64,000 nucleotides of DNA, from the NCBI RefSeq assembly GCF_009914755.1, contig NC_060926.1; one strand, 5' to 3'. The DNA comes from the human T2T-CHM13v2.0 reference genome, Homo sapiens. Shown piece by piece: positions 53,661 to 64,000 of the stretch. The notes beneath the pieces are model-generated. The model made no database searches. It saw nothing but the letters and a program-made list of their open reading frames with translations, and was not told the origin of the DNA. The position numbers and the translations under genes are program-made. Numbering within the stretch: position 1 is the first letter of the stretch; each line of letters begins with the position of its first letter.

Positions 53661-54008
53661 CAACTTTTGGACTTGAACTATATTTAGTAACCTCTGGTCT
53701 CTTCCTTCCACTTACCAGATGAAAATGAGGTTTCTAGAAATGAACCTCCTGCGAAAGCCTGTGGCCCTGGGAGGTAGCAGAGTGGGTGCACATCCAGGTC
53801 TCCTGACCTCATGTCTAGGACGTGTCCAAGGAGCCCACATTTTCATCCCAGTGCCTATCAGGACTTGCAGAATTAGGCAGCTGGTTAAGAGGAAGGGTAA
53901 CATTTATACTTGGATCCATTAACCTTTCTCTTCTTTCTGGGACCCTGCTTCCTCCAGCCTGGGGTTAAATTGCAACCTCAGTAGCACTTGGGTTAACCTT
54001 AGTGCCCT

Positions 54009-54220
54009 TTTCCATGGTTAACTCAGCCTGCTTCCTGATGTAGTTTGACTTCTCCACGGTTGTGTTTGGCTTTATGACTTTGGATGTCACGCAGGTTTCC
54101 GTGGCAATACGGCAGCACTGGTTGCAGGGTGAGGGCGAGGTTTGCTGTTCCTGCTGATGCTGAAGCTGGGGAGCAAGAGCAGGGGGTTTCGGTCTGCGTT
54201 CCCACAGTTGCCCATGGCTG
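54009..54220. promoter_or_regulatory. Candidate RFX X-box cluster
   Basis: GTTTCCGTGGCAAT (54095-54108), TTTCCATGGTTAAC (54009-54022) and GTTGCCCATGGCTG (54207-54220), with local CpG retention. Confidence 0.35.
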
Positions 54221-55284
54221 TGTGTGATGTGTATATTAGGGATGTGTGCACCAAGCACAGAACTTTCAATCAAACACATTTTCTCTTCTTAGACACTTGT
54301 GTATAAAAGATGGTCAAACTGAGGACTATATTAAAATTTTTTAAAGGAGAGATTCTACTTTCAAAGGCTATGGTTCAAAGCATATTAGCAGCACCATACT
54401 CATTTCTGAAGCTTTATTTTAGAGTTGTGGCTACCCCAGCCCGGAAATGGGGATAGCTTCTTCCCAGTTCTGTCTTTTTGCCCATCCACCTTTCAGATAA
54501 GGCACGTGTGTCTGAAATTTCTCTGTTTCACTTTCTTAGTCTCTTTACCCATTTTAAAAAATCATTTCTTCTCTATTGAATTCCCAGAACACTTTTTGCC
54601 TGTGCATTTAATAAATTTTATTTTGCATTTATTTTATCTTTTGCTCCATGCTATCCTTTCCTCTCAAGAGAGGACAGATTCTGAGGTTCACTCATCACTA
54701 TATTCTTTATGAAATAATTGCCTGGAATGTAGTAGTAGCTCCGTGAAATGCAGCCACGCTTTTCTTTTCAGAGGCCATCCCTGCGCCTCTCCCATTAGAA
54801 CACTGGGGTGCTTCCCACTGCCCTTAGGACCCAGTACAAACTCCCTGGAACGGCCAGAAATTCCATTGATCATTGCCTCTGCTGACATTCCCACACTGGC
54901 CTCTCCTCTGGCCACTTCATTGACCTAATCTGATGCTCCAGCCTCAAGGGAGCCACTTATGGTCACTAGAGTTCTCCGAATCCCCCGTGGTCTACAGAGT
55001 AAATTGCAGTCAGCTGAGCACTGCAAAAATTCAAAGCAAAGCCTCTTTGAATCATGCACCTTTGTGTTATATCTGGATAAATACAATATGGGGTCTGCTG
55101 TTCTACTTCATGAATCCAGACTTGTTAGATAAGCCTGGAGGGGGCGGTCTGTATATTAAGTGGGAATATTTTGTTAATTTGGTGGCACAGATGTGACTTG
55201 GCTACTGAGTGGGACTCTTCTCATCTCTGCTCTTAGACACACCCAGCCCTACATGGCTTAGTGGATGCGGGGTCCTCGGGGTTC

Positions 55285-55955
55285 CAAAGGGGACAAATGC
55301 CCGGGTCCCTCTTCTTTTCACCTCATTTCTGACTGAGCCACAATCTGCTACTTCCTTTCTTTTCCATCAATTTTCCAGGAAGGTGAATGCATGCCTGGGT
55401 CACCCTCATGTCCTCACGGAGCACAGCTCTTGTCTCTGTGCTCTGGAATACCTCTGGGGGAAGCTCATAGGAGGGGCCCACCCAGCAGCACAGCTTGAGG
55501 TATATCTTCTGATGCAGAACTTCATCCTGAGCCATCGCGTGCCCTGATTCTCCTCATCTCTCTGGGTATTTCCTGGTTACCCTGCAAGGTTCAGGTCTCC
55601 ATCACTCCTCTGCCTCAGTCACCAAGTGCTGATTCCCTTGGCCTAAGCCCCTGTCCTGATTTTGTTTGGATCTCTGAGGGAGATGAGGGACAAGGGCATT
55701 TGTTCCTTTTGCCCCAAGAAGGGGAGAGGCCCTGCCTGGAAACACCAACAGAACTGCAGCACAAAGAGAGACCTGAAGACCACCATCCGGTGTTTCCCAG
55801 CTCTTAATCACAGAGCACATCAGTTATCTACAGACAGAGCTCACCCAGGGCGGCCCCGGCATAGCTTGAGGTGGCGATTTCATTGCACCCAACGTTTCTA
55901 TTTTGTCTCAAGTTTTGTTTTAAAGCTTCATGTGAAATTGACATTATTTTCATAA
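55285..55955. repeat. Rearranged copy (inverted + direct) of 49630-50262
   Basis: About 94% identity in the direct part (hand count); junction at 55671-55685. Confidence 0.95.
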
Positions 55956-57119
55956 ATGGTAGGAGGCTTATCTCAAATCTCCAGCTCCATGTCATCCTGT
56001 ATTCTCATAAAGTTTATGTTTCTCCTAGTACTTCCATTTCTGATTTGCTACTTTCACCTAATTATTGACAACCCTGTGTCTTGGTTTTCAGCTGTTCTCT
56101 GCTGTCTTCCTAAATGTGGCAAAGATGAACCATAATGTCCTGTTGACCTTTTTTTGTAATCCCTACAAAATGCTGCCAAAAAGTCTCCACCCAAGGCATA
56201 TTTTTATTGAAGTTTGAGGATAATGATGGGGATGATGAGGTGGGCAAGGATCACCTTCAGCATAGCTTGGCAAACGACTGGCATTTTCATATTGCATGAT
56301 ATGATTCTTAAGAGTCCTTTCCTCTCCAGTGCTCCACACCCTGAGCTGCTTGTTGCTATAGACCCAGTGAGGCACCATGCCTTTGGCTTCCGGATACCAT
56401 CTAGCTTGCTACTGATAACATACCCATAGAACATGACATCTACCAATTATTTACCAATGGAGACTGTAAGATCCTTGTAGGTGACATCAGTCCTCAAGTC
56501 CTCGGGTGTCCTCTCTACCATCACTCAAGCTGGGCTAGGAACTCCTCCTTCTCTGCTCCTCTGGCACCTTGTATTACACCTGCCAGTTTCCTCACCAAGC
56601 CCTTGTCAGTCACCAGTCTGACCCCATTTCCCCTGTAACTAGTGCCCAGTTCTGGGAACTCTGAGAAGGCTCAGAAAATTGACCAGAGACTGTTAACAAT
56701 TTGCTATATTACAGGTTGAAACCTTGTCTTCTAGCCTCACTGACGTGAAAATCATGGCATAAAAAACCACCAGTTGTTCAATAAAGTTTATGAGAATGTT
56801 TAAGGAGCTTGTGCTGGGATAAAACAAATCAAAGTACAAGGCCAGGCCTAGTGCATGATTGCATGATTTAAACAGTCTACTCAATTCCTTCTTTACTTGT
56901 TGTCTGATAAATTTGCTGATCAGAGTCTCACAAAAATCCTTCTCACATCTGCTCTCATCACTGTGACATTGAGGTATTTCGACACCTGGAGTCATATCAA
57001 AGGTGGAAGATTTAGAATATCACAGCATTTTTTTCCAAGAGTTAAATGATTACTGGTCTTTGATTAAAATATGCCATGGAGTTTAATGGGAATCACACAG
57101 GGCGAGCCAAAAGTATGAT

Positions 57120-57372
57120 TTTAAGTCTATTGGAGTCACTTAAAAAATGTAAAATTAACTGTAATCATGTATTTTATTTAAGCAAACATCTGAAATTTAA
57201 ACATGTTGCCAATATAAAAATTATTAGTGATGTTTTATATGTTTCTTTACAATTATGTCTTCAAATCCTGGTTTGGATTTTACATGGACAGCACTTCTCA
57301 ATTCAAACTAGCCACATTTCAGTGCTCAGTAGTCCCTTGTGTCTAGGGGCTGCCCCATTGGACAACACAGAC
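57120..57372. mobile_element. MER3/MER33-like MITE
   Basis: CAATTCAAACTAGCCACATTTCAGTGCTCAGTAG...ATTGGACAACACAG. Confidence 0.7.
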
Positions 57373-58383
57373 TGGAAGCTTCATCATACAGAATCACTGT
57401 GGGAAACAATTTTACAAAATCAGTAGCAGTGGCTGTAATACTGCCATGCCATTAGGAAATTGGAAGCAAGCAAAGGATGTCTATGTTCACCCAATATGGC
57501 AACTCTGTTCACGGGTTTTGGACAAGATCATTTCTGTGGCCTGAAGAAGAAATCCTTCTGGCAGGGCAGTAACTCAATTCTGTGTTCAAGTTAGAGGTAA
57601 CTTTTAGGAATTTATATCAAAGTGCAAAACATTGCTAAAACAAGGTTCCTTTACATATTTGCAGAATTTCCAGATAACTATTCTGTTTTCTTATGAAGAG
57701 ATTTTTTAGAGCTTCTGGCAGTTTTTATTTTTTTTCTTCCAGCTCTTGTTGAGATTTTTTTATAGACCCTAAGTTGTTCATAATAAGCCACCCACTTTCA
57801 AATAGGTTCTCTCTGGTGCATCTGTTCCTAGCTGGTAGCAGTGAGCAAATTCGAGTTTAGAAACACTGTGAGAAATGTTAAACACTAGCATTTGGTGGAA
57901 GCAGGTGCCACGAGACCGACGTGAATGTCAGTAGTTGCAATTGATCGGGGATTCTGGGGAAACATTCATTTGGCCTCTGCTTAAAATTCTGGGAAGGGTG
58001 GCATAATATCCATGTGATTTCCCTTCAAGTTTCAGCTTTGGAAATATATCCCAAAAGCTGTGTGAATCTCTCATGAAGGCCAAGACCATATTGGCTGGGT
58101 TTTTTTTTCTTTTTTTTTAATTTAAGTCTTCTCCACTCTTTTCTCTCTTTTCTCCATGTACAGCATTTATGATTCCATTGTGCAAAATCTTACTTAGTCT
58201 CCAAGATTAATTCTACTTCACTTGACTCTAGTGTGGACTACCGAATTAAGAACATAGAAAGGGGAGGCAGCCATGTCTTTCCTAACCTACCATTTGCGAA
58301 AGAGAAAGGAATGACCCAAACTACGGATCTACTGATGATAAGGTGCCCATCTCTATTACACACACTTAGCCACTCCAGCTTCT

Positions 58384-58781
58384 CAGTTAAATGTCAATTT
58401 CAGACAAAAAAATAAACATTTAAGAATATTAATATGCCCCAAATATTGCATGGGGCATCATATATACATCATATATTGCAGCTTCTCTGAAACTCAACTT
58501 TAACTGGGCTTTTTTTTTTGAGATGGAGTCTCACTCTGTCACCCAGTCTGGAGTGCAATGGTGCGGTCTGCAACTTCCGCCTCCTGGGTTCAAGTGATTC
58601 TCCTGCCTCAGCCTCCTGAGTAGCTGGGATTACAGGTGACTGCCACCACACCTGGCTAATTTTTGTATTTTTATTAGAGATGGGGTTTCACCATGTTGGC
58701 CAGGCTGGTCTCAAACTCCTGACCTCAGGTGATCCACCCACCTCAGCATCTTTATTTTTAGTTGCTAAGTTTAGCAACTCT
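58384..58781. mobile_element. MER53-like palindromic MITE interrupted by Alu
   Basis: CAGTTAAATGTCAATTTCAGA..CCCAAATATTGCATGGG..CTGAAACTCAACTTTAACTGGG; ends TTGCTAAGTTTAGCAACTCTA. Confidence 0.65.
58510..58747 (-). mobile_element. 5'-truncated AluS
   Basis: Poly-T followed by GAGATGGAGTCTCACTCTGTC...GATCCACCCACCTCAGC. Confidence 0.92.
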
Positions 58782-58899
58782 ACATAAAAGGCCAATCTGG
58801 TTTTCAAGCCTTGACTGCGAACACTCTACATGCCTACCACGGAACAAGTGCCTGCCTTTTTACGCACAGTGTTCTTTGCAACGCTAGTGTCTTTGCATA

Positions 58900-59400
58900 T
58901 CCATTTAGCCAACACATGTGTTGAGCATCTACTAAGAATACTGGTGATACCAACCTAAGTAAGTCATGGTTGCCATTATTAAAATACTTATAATCGAATA
59001 AAGTGAGTCATATACGCAAATAAATCACAGAAAACAATGTGTCACATGGGCTGACAATAATTGTCTGCACAAACTAGAATGTGGGCCAACGAGGGAGTGG
59101 TTCATTCCATTTGGGGATGTCTGGGAAGATGCCATAGAAGAGGTAACTTTAAGTAAAGACTCAGAGAAATGAGGAGCTACTCATTAGAGGGATGACTTTA
59201 TCTGCAGAAGAAGTATCCCGAGAAAAGGCCAAGGCATGGGAAATCTTAGCGTGTCTGACAAATTGCAAGCAGTCCAAGGGGGCCGTGTGGTGGGATACCA
59301 AGTGTGAGGATCAGTAGCAAGAAATGGGTGGCTTAGAAGGCAGAGGCTCAACCATTGAGGGTCTTTTAAGCCTTGCTAAGGAATTTATTTATCTATTTAT
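58900..59400 (-). mobile_element. L2 3' fragment
   Basis: GTGTTGAGCATCTACTA..TACTGGTGATAC and TAGAAGAGGTAACTTT. Confidence 0.55.
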
Positions 59401-60083
59401 TTGTGGTAGCCAGTAGAACTCTTTTCAGGGTTTCCACATGAAATTCCTTTAACACTGACAATGCCTCCTCATTTTTTTAGGAAGCAACACACAGCCATGT
59501 TCTGTGAATCTTTTCACCATGTCCAGACCAACTGGCCGTTCTTCCTTCGGCTGACCACATAATAGCCTCATTGCTCTGCCCTAACCCTAACCCTCACTCT
59601 AGCCACACTGGCATGTGAGGACCTAGTCACAGCTTCTGTTCTAGACTGCTGTCCTTCTTAAGGGCGGCAAAGGACGAATTCCATCTCTGTCATCACAGAG
59701 CCCAGCAGAAGAGTCAGAAGTGTTAGATACTTATAGAATGAAGAAATTTGAACGGCACATTTCAAAGGAATTAAAGCACTGCCTACTTCTCTAAAATTCC
59801 ATAATTTAATATAAAAGAGATCTATTAACCATGACACTGAGCCAGTATATTAGTTTGGTAGGCTACCATAACAAAATACCACAGACCAGGGGTATTAAAA
59901 AACAGAAATTTATTTTCTCACAGTTCTGGAGGCTGGAAGTCCAAGATCAGGGCATTGGCTGGTTTGGCTTCTCCTGAAGCTTCACTCCTTGGCTTGTATA
60001 ATGCCCATCTTCTTGGTTTGTCCTCACATGGTCATCCCTTCATGTGTGTCTGTGCCCTAGTATACTCTTTTTATAAGAACACC

Positions 60084-60471
<388 letters not shown>

Positions 60472-60494
60472 TCAAATACAGTCACATTTCTAAG

Positions 60495-60548
60495 GTACTA
60501 GGAGTTAGAACTTCAACATATTGTTTTTGAAGTTCTAACTCCTAGTAC
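60495..60548. repeat. Perfect 22-bp inverted repeat with 10-nt loop
   Basis: GTACTAGGAGTTAGAACTTCAA-catattgttt-TTGAAGTTCTAACTCCTAGTAC. Confidence 0.98.
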
Positions 60549-63477
60549 ATTGGGAACCTGAGGCTCCTGCTGCAACTCCTGGAGTCACCTACTCCCTGGT
60601 GCTTCAGGTAACCGAGACCACCATGCTCAAGATGCTATGGTGCATGACTCAGCCCATAACATCTAGATAATGTGAAAAATAAAAATGTGAGTCACAGCCC
60701 CTGTCCTCAAGCTTCTTACATTCCAGTTTAGCTACAAATTCACAACTCACGGATCCTTTTGAAGTGTATCTGGCATCCACTATCAGTGGAGGGGATGAAT
60801 AATTGTTAAGCACTCTGCATCCTTATTTGTAAACGATATTATAGCGTTCACTCCACAAGAGTCATTGAAAAAATTAAATGAGAATAAACATATCAGTGTT
60901 TCGTGAACAGCCCTATATTATAAAATACTAACCAGGCTATGATTTTGAAATATTTATTGATGTTTTTCCTTGTTTATTTTTCTTCTGTTATATATTTCCC
61001 ACTTTTCTCTGCAGGCAATAATTAGGCAGCAGAGTCTAATTTCTGTTGGTTGTTTCAAGGATGGAACTTACAGTAAAGGAAAGTGGAGGGGAAGCATTTT
61101 ATCCTAGTTTTTCTGTTTCAAATGTAAGGCCTTTAGTAAAATGGAAATGATTCACAATAGAAAACTTTAGGCAAGAATGTGCCAAGTGTGAGGGCTCCCC
61201 CATCCCACTCTCCTTCATGGGTGACGCCTAAAAGTGGGGTTATGAGGGAGGATTATAGGGAAGTAAAAAGACAACAGAGTGACTTTCCAACAGACTTTCT
61301 TTTCCATGCTGAAACAGAAAACAAAAGCTCTGTTTCTTCTGTTTTTCTGGACAGAGACCAAAGCAGCAAACCCTAGACTCTTGTGGTCCGAGGGGCAGGG
61401 GTGCCTTGTGCCTGAGCCTGAAGATGTAGGGAGGTCCAGAGAGGGCGGGCTCTGTGTGGGGCAGGTGGGCCCCGCAGGGATCCCTGCACACGTACTGTGG
61501 AATGGAGCCCAGGCCTGCAGAGTGGCTCTAAATCAGCAGAGCAAAGCTGGCTTCGAGCAGGTTCTGCAGATGAGGTTGCAAATGTCATTTCAGCAGTCAC
61601 CGTGGATGGATTATCAGGAAGCTGTGTCGCAGATTGCTGGGGGAGCATGCGGCGGCCTTTGGGGCCTGCCTGCTGCTCCCGACCCCTGGATGCTGCAGAA
61701 ATCATGAGTTCTGAGAACTTAGACACAGCCTGTGAGCAATGCCAAGAGCTATACATTTTTAATTAAATCAGGTGTGTTTCTGTCCGCCCTTCCTTCAGTT
61801 CTAGGAATTAAAATGCTGAGTTCTGGAGTTAAACAGGTACTTCACCCATGCTGGGTCTATAGAAAGAGATTCAGACACCCCATGATATTTTAATATTACA
61901 GATGAAGCTAATTTAATTTGTAGGAAACCTGTCTCTACTACACCCTCAAAATGAAACACTAATTACTCTAATAGTTTCTATTGCTTTTATCGGATTGGCT
62001 CTAATTTTTCTATATGTATCCTAATTGGGACTCCAGGAGTTGAATGCAGTTCCTAAGAATGGCCGGGGCCCACACGTGGCAAGAAGGTCCGTGGGCTCCT
62101 GTGCTCGTGCAGGAAGCACCATGCACAGAGGCAGGGGCCAAGGAGAGCAGGAAGGTTCCAGACGGCCTGAACACAGGGCTTACCTAAGAGTGACGGAGGC
62201 AGGTCAAGAACACAGGATGAAAGCACCTTAGAAAACTTCAAGTGCTGAGAGAAATGGAAATAGAAGAAATTGGCAATACCCCTTAACTTCTTGACTCAAG
62301 TGTGCCTGCCCCAGGTGGCCTCTTTAAAGCTGTGCATCTGGCTTGTGTGCATGGAGGTGGCTCTCCGTGCTGAGGTGAGGATTCACTGCCTCGGGTCTGT
62401 TGGCCCTACCTCCACCTGCCCGAGTCTGCAGGAGGCCTCCTGTAGAATGTGAGGGGACTCCCTCCGCTGAGGGACAGTGTGTCCTCTGTGTGGTCTGGAG
62501 AATGTTGGGCAACATGCTCACATCTCAGTCTTTGACTCAGGGTGGCTGGAGCGCAGGCAGCAGGCTCAGGTTCCAGGCAGGCTGTGCTGACTTTTCCTCA
62601 CTGACCTTGTCCGCCGCCAGGTGGACTGAACTCCCTGCCAGGTGGCCTCCCTGTGTGTGTTCAGCAGGTGGCCCTGGGAGCAGAGAAGAAAGGAGTTCTG
62701 TTTGTGACTCTCAAAGAGGCCAAGCTGACAGGACCAACTCTGTTCAGGGACTTTGTTTTCCTGCTCCAAGCTTCCAGGGTAGCCGATGATTAACTGAGCA
62801 CTGACCTTGTGACTTGTACTCAGGGCAGGCTGGCTGGAGTCCATGGGAAGCAGGTGTTCCCCCAGGTGACACCAACAAGGAACATAACGGGGCCACAGAC
62901 ACAGTCACAGACCGTAATGATGGGTCCAGGCTGGGGTCCAGCACGTTCCTAGATTCTCACACTCCTGTTCTCCGGTAAACCATGGAGCAGAATGGCTCAA
63001 AAACACAGCCTGGGGCCACTTTGCACACTCTCAGCTGCAGATGCCCAGAACTAGGGCTCCCCCTGCACCTCCTGGAGTCATCGCCTTCCTAGTGCTTCAG
63101 GTAACTGAGACCACCAGGCTCAAGGGCTGCCTCCTCCCCGTGGCCTGTGATCATCTGAAAGCATCCCGGGGTGCACACTAGTCTCTGATCTCACCGCCCT
63201 GGGCCTGGCCTCTCTGCTCAGTGGAGGAGCAGGGGACTGTCCAGGGCCTTCACATAGCCTTAGCCCTCAGCCATTCCTTCCTATCTTGAGGGCATTCTTT
63301 GCCTTTTCCTCTCCTTGAATAGGATAGGAAGTCATTTGTATCAAATCCTCCAGGGCTTGAACCTTTACTCTCTCCTCTTTTGCCTCAACGTTTCCCCTCT
63401 GCTCCCCTGGAAGCTGCCTCTACTTTTGGCCAGATTTCTAGAGTTTGATGGCCAGGTTTGGCCTAGTCCAATTTTGC

Positions 63478-64000
63478 GGGTTTTGTTTGTTCGTTTGTTT
63501 TTACTGTCTCTACTGAGATATCACTGGCATACCATACAATTCACTCATTTGCAGTCTACAGTTTTATTTTATAATTTATTCCTAAGGTTGTACAATCATC
63601 ACCACAATATAATTCCAGAACATTTTCATCAACCAAAAAAAATCCGGTACCCATCCTCAGTCACTTGCCACCACCCCCAACCACTAGGGGCTTATTCTGG
63701 AAGTGTTATCTAAATATACTTATATAATAAGTAACATTTTATGTCTGGCTTCTTTCACTTAACAAAACATTGTCAAGGTTCACCCATATTGTATCATGTA
63801 GAAATCATTTTTTATTACTAAATAGTGTTCTATTGTATGGATATGCCACATTTTATTTAGTCATTCATTGACGAACACTTACATAAAAGTTTTCATGAAC
63901 ATATGTTTTTATGATTTCTAGACATATACCTAGGTGTTGATTTGCTGTGTCATATAGTATCTCTGCATTTAACACTTTGAGAATTGCAGTTATTAATATA
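63478..64000 (-). mobile_element. Old L1M 3' end (runs off window)
   Basis: CCAGAACATTTTCATCAACC, TCTGGCTTCTTTCACTTAAC and ATATACCTAGG. Confidence 0.85.

Noticed and set aside
55285-55711. Novel MITE with 27-bp TIRs
   Set aside because: The TIRs are explained by double copying of 49993-50019, there is no TSD, and the donor copy lacks them
59579-59594. (CCCTAA)n telomeric seed
   Set aside because: Fewer than three units; compatible with chance
61279-62944. Multiple 90-140 aa ORFs
   Set aside because: GC-richer sequence lowers stop frequency, there is no recognisable domain, and many starts are non-ATG

Overview
Primate (hominoid, human-like) AT-rich intergenic or intronic DNA. The SVA, Alu, L1PA and THE1/MST elements fix the lineage. 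I can support no intact protein-coding gene, and the supplied ORFs are repeat-derived or spurious (many start at GTG/TTG). Main content: (1) a 3' fragment of a HERV-L provirus (MLT2A LTR plus decayed dUTPase, integrase and RNase H); (2) a 5'-truncated CDK2AP1 processed pseudogene with a 17-bp TSD; (3) a 5'-truncated SVA; (4) two young L1PA 3' ends; (5) many Alu, MaLR, L1M, L2, MIR and hAT relics, several nested. The less ordinary observations are a 262-bp flank duplication around the one-LTR ERV, an inverted-plus-direct templated duplication (49.6-50.3 kb copied to 55.3-56.0 kb), a perfect 22-bp hairpin plus a templated insert inside an MLT1A LTR, an ancient 18/36-bp minisatellite split by an LTR and open on both strands, and a CpG-rich CDK2AP1 retrocopy with an unevenly conserved ORF. 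I found no convincing new biological system; these are hypotheses. Repeat family calls are from memory of consensus sequences, subfamilies are tentative, and boundaries of old repeats are approximate.
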